From Eledone cirrhosa (lineage: Eukaryota), in assembly GCA_964016885.1 (NCBI GenBank), contig OZ024742.1, forward strand, positions 219,232,001-219,296,000: a stretch of DNA of 64,000 nucleotides, read 5' to 3'. Every line of letters starts with the position of its first letter. Within the stretch, counting starts at the first letter, position 1. A program made the position numbers and the translations under genes. Below, piece by piece: positions 1 through 12,262 of this stretch. The notes beneath the pieces are model-generated. The model ran no database searches and was not told where the DNA came from. It was given only the letters and a program-made list of their open reading frames with translations.

Positions 1-930
1 ATAATAATGAAAAATACGCAAAGCAAACCCCCCCACCACCACCAAAAAAAAAAAGATCTGGAAAAACTAAAGATAACTATTAATTATGCTGAACATCTGA
101 TAGACATTGAAAATAATTGTTTATGGGTGAATCAGAAGAAAACACCCTAAAATTATTACCTGCCTAAAGGGTTTATGATGATAATATCTCCCAAAATACT
201 GAGACATATTTTAAAGATATTGTGGTATATTTTCCTAATTTGAAGAATGTTTTCTACACATACAAATGCTTGATTGTTCATTAGCTCATCTGAATATCTA
301 TTGAAACTGAAATAATAATATCATGGAATGGTAGAGTCTATTTTAGCTGTTTAAGGACACAACAACTGAACTCATGGATGTTATCCAACCATCTTTCATG
401 GTTTTGGATGAAATGGAGTGACAGTTGCTTCTGATAGTACTCATTGGCAGGCATGTCTGAGTACTCTGCCACCACAACCCTCCCAGGAATAAGTGGGAGG
501 AGGAGAATGTGATGATGATGATGACTAAACTGCCATTAGTTTTTGTTTAATGATCAGTTTACAATGCAATGGTGCAATGAAAATGTTGACAATGAATAAT
601 GAATATAACAGCTTTTGTATGCTTCTTTTAAATAGCTAAAATGGCTCTTCTATGATGTAAAAATTATTTACTGAGGACATTTACATTTAATATAGTTGAT
701 AAGAATACTTACTACAAAAGTGAAACATAAACTGTTTATTGGCTGTAGACAACTCATCACACTTTGTATTTTCGTAACATACATCAAATTCATGGTATTT
801 TCTGGAAAATGAATAATTTATAATTAGATGAATCAATATTTTATTAAAATACTAACTTTGTCAACAATAAATAATCTCTGTTATTAATCTAATCATAGAC
901 ATTGAAAAGAATTGTTTATGGGTGAATCAA

Positions 931-1123
931 GGCGGTGGATTGGCAGTATTGGTAGAGTGTCGGATGCCATGCTTTGGCGCATAGAGTTACGGCCCTTGCC
1001 ATTCTGAGTTCAAATCCCGCCGAGGTTAACTTTGCCTTTCATCCTTACGGGGTCGATAAAATAAAGTACCAGTAATACACTGGGTAATTGCTGGCCTTGT
1101 GCCTAACGTAGAAACAGTTATTA
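931..1123 (+). mobile_element. tRNA-derived SINE (dominant family in window)
   Basis: A-box-like TGGCAGTATTGGTAG, B-box GAGTTCAAATCC, body TTTGCCTTTCATCC...GATAAAATAAAGTACCAG and ATT-rich tail; near-identical copies recur across the window. Confidence 0.85.
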
Positions 1124-3585
1124 ATCTAATCATATCTAGAGCCTTTTGTATGTCTTGTAAGACCATGGATTTGCACCTCTCCAAGGTGTAGGTCAAAGTA
1201 ATTATTTTTTGTGGAATATCAGTAGTCATCTATACATGTCAGTCTTCTTTCTTTACGCCATCAATGTTGTCCAAGAGAAAGGTAAAAGCCCGATACAACT
1301 TGGAACTGGTGCCATCGCAGATGAACTCAGAATGAAAAGGACTAAAAGAGATACCATAAAACAATCTGTCCAACTCTAACAATTCTTCTAATCCATCACC
1401 CTAGACTGGTACTTTATTTTATCAACCCCCCAAAAATGGGGAGCAAAATTGACCATGGTGAGATTTTAAATGAGAGCACAAAGAGCTGGAACAAAAATGA
1501 TTATGCTCAGAATGCAAACACAAGCAGTTTATATGAGTTTGGATATAAAATATGTTTACTACCATTTCAGAGTGGACTCTATTGAAGAACAGTGTAGACT
1601 TCACTAGAGCTACAGAGCATTCATCTAGTTACCACAATGTTATAGTAAATTGAGTGTTAACATACTTAATACAAGAATTTGATGAGGTTATTGATTTTAT
1701 CTAAAAATCTAGAAAAAAAGCACACTTACATTTCTCTATATAAATTGACTATAAAATTTAATGCATTAAGCTTTCACTTACTTGCATGGAACAAAGAAAT
1801 CTTAACTAAATATTGATCAACTGATATTAACGGAATTCCCTTACTTGTTGTTTTTAGAATTTAACCAACCATAGAAGGAGTTTTTGTCTAAATAGTAAAG
1901 TAAGTGTTAACATAATGTATGAAGCCAAGAAATTATCATTAATCAAAATTTAACCTAGAGTGAGGAAGAAAAAAAATCATTATTTTAATTATCAATTCTG
2001 GTCAATAAAAATAAAGGATACAACCATGGTATTTAATTTTATAAAAATTAATTGCAAGTAGTATGCTATGGGTTATAAGCTAGATCTTTAGCAGAATGGT
2101 GACCACTGGTCTTATTAGAATTCATCAGTGAAGAATTGTCTAACCTCTATGGCATTAAGAGCAGGCAAAATAACAAAGAACCAATTATTAACTAAGATGT
2201 TTATACATTGAAGCAGATATTGATTTCATTGAGATTTATAGATGAGACTTACTGACAGACGTTCTTCTGTGTTATGTTCAGTTTTTTATCTAAGTTAAAT
2301 TGACATTTTAACACAGCAGATAAATCACATTCAGTCTCTGAAAATAGAACAAAACGAAAAAAAAAAAAGATTAAGAAAAAAGTATACCAATTAGGTAAAA
2401 AGGACACTGCACATTTTTTTTAAAGACACAGATGGTAGGGTTATTCCATGATAGTTGTTTCAGTCACTTAAAGTTCCTTTCTTTGGTAATATCACTATTA
2501 CTCCATCACTCCAAGCTTTGACGACTTCCTCTTTGTACTATAATATATATGATGTCCCATTTCTTCTATGGTGACTTATCCTTTATGCTTAAGTAATTCT
2601 GCAGTTATCTCATATATCTCTACTGCTTTTTTGTTCCTCAGGCAACAAATGGCTTTGGTGTCTTCTTCCATTAAGATGCCCTCCTCTGTCACCTAAAGGT
2701 GGTATACCTAAGGCCTCTTCTGGTCGAAGTCAAATAGGTCTGACTTGTGCCATGCATTTAACTGATTGTTTCTCATTTATTATCAATGTATAATTATCTT
2801 TACTTTTAATTGACACACACAAACCACTTCTTAACAGACAGAAATAGCGTAGAACATTGACAATTTGGGGAAATATTCTACAGACCACAATTTTGTAAAC
2901 TGCATGATCAACATAGTTATGACATATAGACTAAATAGAAAAGTGGTAATGACTTCAACGTTTCTGATTGGTCACTTCATCTGGTCAGACCATTTAGTAT
3001 GATCAGTCTGGTTCAACCATAAGATGCAGCTGGATTAATCAACACAGCTGAAACTTTGGAGTCACTACCTCTTTTCTACTTAGAAAATTAAATTTACACT
3101 CTATCCACAAGTATTGAGTACTCATTCAGTTAATGTTTGAATATCTTAAATAACATGGTAGTTTAAACACACATGCTAATAAGATATCTATAGTGAGACA
3201 AGGTTACTAGAAATTGAATATAAGTTGTTCCTAATGAGGAAGTGTTACAGGGATTGAATTAGTGAGTTAGTTAGGCAAGAATTAATAGAATCAAATATAA
3301 CAGAACCAGGGTTATGGATCTCAGAGTAGAATCTGTTAGATCCTTTTTCCTAGCCATAATGACCTACATGGCCCAATGTTTTTCTCCAGTATTCCATAGC
3401 ATTAGCACAAACAACTGAGCTATCACAAGTAGCCTCCAGAGGAGACACAGACTTGAAGAAACTCAACACTGTAAGTGAACAAATATCTCACCAAAACAGC
3501 AGAATTATTAATACCAGTAATGCACTGGGTAATTGCTGGCCTTGTTCCTAAAGTAGAAACAATTATTAATACCAGTAATGCACTG

Positions 3586-3800
3586 GGCAGTGGATTGGCA
3601 GTATTGGTAGAGCAGTGGACAACATGCTTTACATAATATAGTTACGTCCATTTATGTTCTGAGTTCAAATCCTGCCTAGGTTAGCTTTGTCCTTACAGGG
3701 TCAATAAAATAAAGTACCAGTGATGCACTGGAGTCGATTTAACCCCCCCCCCCCCCCTTAAAAAAATGGTGGGCTCTGTGCTTAAATCAGAAACCATTAT
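3586..3800 (+). mobile_element. tRNA-derived SINE copy, preceded by duplicated tail pieces (3511-3585)
   Basis: Aligns by eye with 931-1123. Confidence 0.75.
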
Positions 3801-4934
3801 TACTGCATGCCATGGAGATCTGCTCCTAGCCCCATGTGAATGTTCTATTTACATAAAACAAGTATCTGAGATGGTGGCTAGAAATGTGGGCAGTTTAGAA
3901 TGAATATGTACAGTGAGGTGCAGACAAAAGAAAGCTGTACACAGATTTCATTACTGCAACAGTACCATTCTTGCATGATTTAGAGATCCAGTTTTGCCTC
4001 ATGATATCATATTTATAACCAGGTAGAGATTTTCTCTTTTACATGACTTGGTCTGAGGAGGATGTGCAACACCCATGATTCATTTCAGAGACTCCAAGGA
4101 TGATAAGTAGAAAAAAGAAAGTTAACCTCAAATGAGAGAACTTGCATAAATGCTTGCTAGAGAGTGGACTCTAGTAAATATACACAAGCTAGCTGGTGGT
4201 GTTTTAGGTAAGTAATTGTCTTGGCCATGAACACAATGTAATGCGAAGGACAATGTACAACCTGCCAACCTCTTAGCTGTTAATTCCATATCCTACCAAC
4301 TTGGGCCATCTGCCATCCAATTAAAACAAACCAAACGTGATTGCCCCATTTTTTAATGTAGTTTAGTCGGAATGACAGTGCCCATGTCTTTTGATGTTCA
4401 GCTGAAACATGTCAATGCTTGCAGGAAAAGAACATGGTTGAGGATAGACTTCCTGTGGGATAATGTTCTGGGGAGGAAGGATTAAACATTGAGGTTAATA
4501 TGGGCTAGGTGGTATGTGTGTGAAATATGGGATGGGTGATGAGAGAAGGACAAACAGGTGTATTGGATTAGCCAAGGTTTTCAGGTGACATGCATCAATC
4601 AAATTGAGAGGAGCACACTTACCACATGATGTTTCAACAGCTTTTATTAAATTTGTGATTTTATCGAGGTGGCAGCCAGTTTTATCAAGGCAGGATGTTG
4701 TCTCTTCGAATAAACTTAAAATAAAGTAAAATTAAAAATACAACAAACATAGGTATGGCTTCTCATTTAGTAGTCACCGTATCCGACTTTCACAATTTCC
4801 ATTCTCACTTCTTATGTGATCATCTACGTCGCCCCCACACTGCACATCACATATTTCTCCTTATTTTTCTCTGCTACCTCTCTATTATCTAATTTAGCTC
4901 CCGTTTCTTCTACAACAACTACAACGGTACGCGA

Positions 4935-5530
4935 TGGGGCCCACCCACAGCCCCGGCAGACACAATGCGCTGGAAGAGCCACTCCAACTCGCGGGGCTTA
5001 CACCTGCGGCTGGCCAGCTCAGCGCCTATGGTGGTAAGTAAGGAGGTAGCCCTGGGGCCGAGGACACCAGAAGTCTCCACTGCCAGGGGTACAACCGCAA
5101 ACCTGTGGGAGAGCGACCGGTATTTGAGGAGTTTGGCCCCCTCAGCCCGACGTGCAGCAGAACCTGAGTCAGTCGCAGACTGCACCAGGTTGCGGCTGCA
5201 GAAAGTGTCGGTGCAAGTGGCATCCCAGACGAGGGGTTTGCCACCACGGAATGGGAAGATGGTCATGCCATCTGGCCTTTTGCCGTCCCCTCGATCCAGC
5301 CCCACCGGCTCGAGCTGGGAAGGGAAGTCTGCAGCGTCCAAGCCATGCTTAATGACCTCGTTGAGGGCAGCATGGCGTGGAATGCGGCCGGCACTGTGGC
5401 GACAGGAAAGCGGGTGGAAGCCGAAAGAGTCCACAGTGGAACCGCAGCAACATTGGTGTGGCTGGCAGATTCAGAGGCCGAACCTCAGGGAAACGCCGAT
5501 GCGCAGTATTGAGTACACTTTTTACTGATA
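4935..5530 (-). mobile_element. CRE-clade non-LTR retrotransposon 3' fragment (zinc knuckle plus restriction-like endonuclease)
   Basis: ORF 4919-5434(-): HPLSC...RHAALN, GKRPDG...LVWDATC, AE..K..KY, PLAVETSGVLGP, WLFQR; abuts a (TA)n tract. Confidence 0.8.
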
Positions 5531-5553
5531 ACCAGTAGGAGTCCACCTCCTGC

Positions 5554-5594
<41 letters not shown>

Positions 5595-5994
5595 TCTCAG
5601 ACATGACAACCCTTAATTTAATTTTTGGATATATATATGCATGTGAGTGTGAGTACTTCGTAACTTAGCACTTCGACAAAAAAAAAAGAGATTGATAAAA
5701 TAAGTATCAGATTTGAAAACAAGTACTGGGGTTGATGTGATCGACTAAAATTTGTTTAAGGCGGTGCCTTAGAATGGACGCAGTTTAATGACTAAAACCA
5801 GTAAAAGAAGAAAAAAAAAGAAAACAATAACTGCCCTTGAAAAGTTTGCAGTTACTTCCTAGTATTTCCACACATCTACCTTAAGAAATGAAAGGATACG
5901 TATACTTTCGTTAATAGTACTCACACCTCTAAGATCAGTCAATCCCCTTGAGTAATACCACCCTGTCATTACTTAATTGTTAAAACCCTGGTCC

Positions 5995-6405
5995 CCGGGT
6001 CAGCAATGCAGAGGACGGGAAGATAAGCAAATACCGAGGCTAGTCCCACCGCTTACTCTTTGCACCAGTCGCCGCCGAGACTTCAGGTGTCCTCGGACCC
6101 GGTACACCTGACCTCCACAAAATCGGAATGACAGCAGCTCGTCGGAGGAAGAGGCTCCGCATGATGGGGGTGGCTGTCGCAGCGGGTGGCGCTGGCCATT
6201 GTCCATGGAAAAGCCTTTGCAATTTTGCCCGGGGGGGGGGGGCGCAGCCGAAATACCGCTCTGACCTAGGTGTAGAGTCTGTCACCCTCACCCCTTCCGT
6301 TACCTAATAGTCTTTGCCCCCCCCCCTTCCCTTTCATTTATCGCATTTATATTCCTTTCCAACACTGCTTTCGTTTTCTGTACATTTTATATGTCAAATA
6401 AATGC
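5995..6405 (+). mobile_element. CRE-clade 3' fragment of a more diverged subfamily, with 3' UTR
   Basis: Manual translation NAEDGKISKYRG*SHRLLFAPVAAETSGVLGP...(frameshift) WLSQRVALAIVHGKAFAIL; AATAAA near 6397. Confidence 0.7.
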
Positions 6406-6989
6406 CTGTATTATTTTTAGCAGCTCTGGTGCAAATTAAGTATTAAGTATTTGCTTGAATTTATAACATAAAAGACCGCAAGACAGTGCTAGATTGAGTC
6501 CGTTTAGGTCCCCAAGCACTTAAAAATTATGATGTTGTTAAACAACAACAACAAGAAAGACAAAGATGACAATTACAACACCAACAACAATTGATTTTAT
6601 AAACCTTACCTGCACATCTTCGTTTTGTTGTGTGTGAATTTCTGGATACCTTTAAGTGATTTCAAACATGAAACTTGCTTCTGAAGGCAACTGCCTGTTG
6701 TTTCAAAACAATAAAAATGATTAGGGTTCAAAATACAAGGCACCTGTATGAATACATTTCTGCATTTAGTGAATAGACGAGCCATCTTACACAAAACACA
6801 CACACGCATGAATAATCTTAAAGCTCAATGTGATTTTATAGTCCACAGCAAGATAGGTAAAAAATTCTTGTCAGTTTAACGAAATGGTGGTAAATTAAAT
6901 AAATGCTTTAATTCAAATTCTTGTTAATCTTTATATATATATATATATAGAAAGAGAGAAGTGAAAAAGAAATATAGAGAAAAGACAGA

Positions 6990-7128
6990 CCCCAGTACTA
7001 GTCTGGTACTTTTTTTACTGACTTCGAAAGGATGAAAGGAAAAATTGACCTTGGCGGGATTTGATCTCAGAGAGCTGGAACAAATATCGCAAAGCATTCT
7101 CTGCGACGTTTTAACGATTCTGCCAATT
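6990..7128 (-). mobile_element. Diverged SINE copy
   Basis: CTGGTACTTT...GGATGAAAGG...TTGACCTTGGCGGGATTTGA, the reverse complement of the SINE body. Confidence 0.6.
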
Positions 7129-7340
7129 CGCTACTCTTATATCTTCTAGTATAGTCTACTATCCATTTCCTTACTTGAAATTCATCAAATGCCGTTTGTG
7201 CAACAGAAGTTTTGCAAACATTACTAAGGTTCAAGCTACAGATCACTTCAACTGTGATATTCATCGTTGGGTAAAACCTTGCTCCAGTGATCAGCTTCTT
7301 GGGTGAGTGTATACACACACACACACACACACATATATAC

Positions 7341-7374
<34 letters not shown>

Positions 7375-7805
7375 CATCATCATTTTACATCCGCTTTTCC
7401 CTGCTTGCAAGGGTGGGACAGGAACTGATTCTGGCTTTATTTCTAAGCTGGATGCCCTTCCTAACACCAACCTCATTTACAGTGAGTGATGGGTGCTTCT
7501 TTTTCCGTGGCACCTGCACGTCCACTTTACAGTGTGGGCTAGGTGCTTTTTTGGCGTGGCACCTCCACGACCACTTTACAGTGGAATGATAGGGACTTCA
7601 GTCCTATCATCTCATTTCTACAGCTGAGTAAACTGGAGCAATGTGAAATAAAGTGTCTTGCTCAAGGAAACAACACATCACCCGGTCCAAGAATTGAACT
7701 CACAACCTTTAGTAATAATAATAGTAATAATAATAAAATTGAAGACTAAAATCCGTTAAGGGTGAAAGCAGCGATTCTTTGCTTAAACTTTAATCTGTTA
7801 TTTTA

Positions 7806-7867
<62 letters not shown>

Positions 7868-7872
<5 letters not shown>

Positions 7873-8060
7873 AACAAGTAAGACCCCGACGGCTGAGCTC
7901 AAGCCGTTTCGACGGCTAATTCTGTACTGAATTAGCCGTCGAAACGGCTTGAGCTCAGCCGTCGGAGTCTTACTTGTTCCTATTACCCACTCTACTACCC
8001 TAAGTATTGAATACTTTGGTGCGTTATGGTCCACCTGGTTCCTTACCACATTTCCTTCGT
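7868..8060 (+). repeat. Fold-back palindrome (7868-7983) of a PLE-type terminal element carrying an HHR 3' half
   Basis: About 55-bp near-perfect inverted arms around TGTACT; the right arm reads CGAAA-CGGCT-tgagctc-AGCCG-TC; related pieces at about 44275-44305 and 61305-61425. Confidence 0.75.
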
Positions 8061-10029
8061 TATATATATATATATTCTTCAAGTGAGAATGTAAAACTTA
8101 CCCATATTCAATACACTGAGATTAATAAAATAAGTACCAGACTGAAATAAATACTGGATTCGATTTTGTTGAGTAAAAGGCTAAAATATTTGTGGGCTGT
8201 GCCCCAGAATGGCCACAGTCGAATAACTGAAACCAGTAAAAGAATATATATATTTACCACAATAATTCTTGATAAAATTGCCCTCAACCTTCTTCAAATT
8301 ATCGCAGTTGGTGTTGTCAAAGCATTTTTCGAACTTGTCCTGCTCTCTGGAGAAAATAAAATAATTGTATTTACGAATTTAAAAAAATGTTTTTTATTAT
8401 TGGTTTGGTGTAGAAGAAGGAGTAACTTTGGATTTCATAGGTCAGTCAAGACACGTAATATCCACACAAATGAAGTTCTTCTTGAGAATTAGAGAGAGCT
8501 AGTGCTCTGTGGTAGGAAAGACCCAATATGGATGGCAAGAATAGAGACGACGGGTGGGCAAGAATGGGGGTACCCAGAGATAAGTCAGCTCTAATAAATA
8601 GATATTACTTAAGTAATAATAGAAAATGCAAAGTGATGAAACAGCACCTCTAGAGTGTTTTGGTGAACAACTCCACGCCACTCAGTTGGGTTGCATTTCT
8701 TTGCATGCAGTCAAGAATAGGAAATCAATGTGCACGAGAATCATGTGATTCAGTTGACTAATAGAAGCTATCATGGAACATATTGTAGAGTATAGAATCC
8801 GCCAATCGGGGATGTCTCTTAAGATTAGCCTTAATCAAACATTGTGTTCAAACATGATATAATTAGGATTACATTATCCAACGTGTCTAATGCAATATTG
8901 TGTGCTTTGAAGGACATTTGGTTGTTATTTCTTGCAAGTCAAGTGATTATGTAAACCATTTGTTACTGTCACATACACTTCCATTGCGAGTAACAAGTCT
9001 TAGTAATAGTAACTAAATTATCACTATAGCAATAGAAGAAACAGAGAGGTTGAGATAGAGACAAAATATGGTAGGGTAGCGATAAAGGAGACACAGCTTA
9101 ACGATAAGCAGTTGGTTGTAAAAGTTTGTGTAAGAGACAGATGGCTGGTTTCATTGAACTTTAATCAAAGTCATGTTTAATAAACTTACTTGCAGAATGA
9201 TCCATGTTCTTTCCTTATCTCTTTGTACGTATCAAGTTTGCATGTTACCATTTTAGCTAAATCACATTGATTATCTGCTAAAATAAAGTTATAATTTCAT
9301 ATTACAATTTAAGCATAAACATAATATTTATCTTAAAATATTTTGCAGTTTTTAGTCACTTTCACTAATCACTTTATTGAAAAATCGATGGTTTTTGGGT
9401 GGTGTGGGTATTCGTGTCTTTCGTTTAGATTGTAGCAAACTAGTTTCCTTTGGCGCATTGATACCCTTTCCGTACGTTGTTTGGCTGAGTTAAGCCAATC
9501 GCTATCAGCGTAAGAATATGTATCTCAACTTCCGCCCAAATGGAAAAATTCATGCTTCTTTTTAATAAACTAATTCTCTTGCAGCTCGACCTTGCTAAGG
9601 TAAACATCATTCCAATATGTAACTACAAAACATTACTGCGGCCTGGCTTCTCACTTCAGCCATGTGTCTTCTCTTATAGATCTTAATTTGTTTGTTCATT
9701 TCTTTTGGCATGCCAACCAACCAAACTTTATACAACTCTTTTTACCTTAAACATTGTTAATAAATTCTGTTACAACGAAATACATGTTGTCGTTAACATT
9801 ATTGTTACATATTCTGGCTATATATTACACGCTGCTAAAAGTAATACTATACTATTAAAATGGTGAATATTACATGCTGCTATACTGATAACATAATACA
9901 TCATCATCTTATGTTATAAACTGCTTCACTGATGACTTCTATTGATACACACTACACAAATATAAATATTAACATTTACATTTATATCTTATTAAATACC
10001 ATCTTCAAGATAAACTGTAAACTATGTTT

Positions 10030-10400
10030 CAAAGTTTCGTAACCTAATTAGTTCTCGGACTAATAATTTAAAATGTAGTCCAGTACTCTAATATGTAATG
10101 TATTATATTATTTATATCAGAGCACCATGGACATCAAAACAATATCTTTGTGAACGTCTACAGCACCCTCAGTGCATCTACAACGCTTCAAATGCATAAC
10201 AGAAGTTCTCTTCTTGGAGGCCGTTCAATACGGCCTGTGATTCCTCATGAATTTCTTCCGTTGTCTCGATACGATGCCTATTTGCAGATCAATTTAATAG
10301 CTTGGCTACTAATCATCCCCAGCTGTCCAGACACGCCAGTTGAACTGTTTAATCATGGCTCGTGCAGTTAAAAAATTTTCTGAAATCACTATGCGGGCGC
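10030..10400 (-). mobile_element. Decayed mariner transposon (transposase C-terminus)
   Basis: Minus-strand translation RHRIETTEEIHEESQAVLNGLQEENFCYAFEAL*MH*GCCRRSQRYCFD resembles the mariner C-terminal segment. Confidence 0.6.
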
Positions 10401-11118
10401 GCGCACACACATGTCCTTTTTGGACTGAGAATTTATAGGTTTCGGATGTTTAAGCTGCAACCACACTATTGAAATCTACGCTTGACTTTCCGAACGGGAA
10501 TTTAACCAGTAAAACAATTACTTGATCAGTTAAAAATTGATTACATTTGATGGAGGTGTGATAAATGTAAAATACTCATCTTTTCCCAGTCGCCGAACTA
10601 TATTATTACCTACTTACCACAAGCTTCTTTCATGGCCTTGAATAAATTAGCATATTTCTTGAATATGCAGTGAGATTTGACAAAGCACATTGCAACATCA
10701 TAGTAGACCCTTAAACAAAGCAGAATATATATATATTATATATACATTTATACACACACACACACATATGGTGTAAAAAAAAATGCAGTTTATTATATAT
10801 TTTCTAATTGAACTTTTATCATAGACATGTAGGTTTTCTAACATTTTATTTTGTTTTGTTTTCCGACTTGTCACCCCATTCTGGAACAGAATTTCTTTCT
10901 CACTCGCTATCTTTCTTTACATATGTATATACATACAATACATACATTATATTACATTACATTACATTACATTACAAGTATTCTGTAAATATCGCCTGTA
11001 AACGGAATATGGATATTTTGAAACTGCTATTAAATTCATCAAATAACATTACTATTTATGTAAAAATTACATTGGTGAAATATAGTTTCTTAGAAACCAG
11101 CCGATTATATATTATATA

Positions 11119-11798
11119 TCTAAACTATAATAAAGTAAGGAGTGCGGGACTGCGTCCAGAATATATTTTGTTATCCCGTTTGTAAAATAAGTTGGATTAC
11201 TTTGAATAAATAATTTTCTACTTTTTGGCACAAGGCCAGCAATTACCCAGTACATTACTGGTACTTTATTTTATCGACCCCGTAAGGATGAAAGGCAAAG
11301 TTAACCTCGGCGGGATTTTAACTCAGAACGTAAAGGGACGTAACTATACTGGAAAGCATGGCGTCCGACTCTCTACCGATACTGCCAATCCATCTGAATA
11401 AATAATGAATGAATATTACATAATTTATCTACTAAATTTCGTTATTCTTGATTAAATATAAATAACTTTGTTGCTTATTTTAAGATTTACTTCTTTAAAA
11501 TTTTCAAATGTCAACACTTCCAGTTAGCGATCGCTTAAATAAACATTTATATATTTCCGTCACTAATTTTCTCCTAATGCAGTTTATATATAATATCGTC
11601 TTTCTTTAATGTATCATGGATTACGTTACTGATTACATAAGACAGTGTAACGCAGTCTTCGTTCAATTTCTGTGTATATTGTCAATTACGATTTTATTTG
11701 ATGTATCATATCTACATGCATATATACTTGCGTATAATATCAATATGCACACTACACATGCTAGTAGAAAACCACTCTAAGGGTGGTTTTTCTGCTAG
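11119..11798 (+). mobile_element. Non-autonomous Helitron carrying an internal SINE (11213-11393, minus strand)
   Basis: 5' TC, 3' hairpin GAAAACCAC...GTGGTTTTTC followed by CTAG, A|T insertion site; second copy at 44434-45223; the SINE is flanked by the TSD TGAATAAATAAT. Confidence 0.75.
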
Positions 11799-11970
11799 TA
11801 TATATAATATATAATCGGCTGGTCTCTAACTGTTTCATCTGATGAACAGGCTGGACGTTTCTGTAAGGATCGTCTAATTTCTTGAAACCTTTCGTAAACG
11901 AATAATTATATTGTGTTCTTTATTATGTAATTAAATATATATATATATATATAATTACATAATAAAGAAC

Positions 11971-12004
<34 letters not shown>

Positions 12005-12216
12005 TGTATATATAGTGTATTTTGCCGGTCAAGCAGAAATTGAAAATTAGAATTGGTGCTCTGTACATTCATATATATATCGCTATTTCAGAGCACCAAA
12101 TTCTAATTTTCAATTTCTGCTTGACCGGCAACCGCTCTGTATAATCAGTTCCTGATTATTACTAGAATTCTAAAAGAATCAAACATTCATGATTTTCAGC
12201 AAACAGGTGGGGTAGT

Positions 12217-12262
12217 TAGCGTTGATAAGCACCAAAAAGTGCGAAACAGAGCTCTGTCAGCT
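12217..12262 (+). ncRNA. Minimal type-I hammerhead ribozyme, U3:A8 variant
   Basis: TTGATAA-gcac(caaaaa)gtgc-GAAA-cagagctctg-TC-agct, embedded in a long flanking stem (12193-12286). Confidence 0.65.

Noticed and set aside
931-1030. tRNA genes at the A/B-box motifs
   Set aside because: They are SINE heads followed by a conserved SINE body and tail; no full cloverleaf
4965-5528. 187-aa plus-strand ORF (also 47717-48319 on the minus strand)
   Set aside because: Antisense shadows of retrotransposon coding sequence
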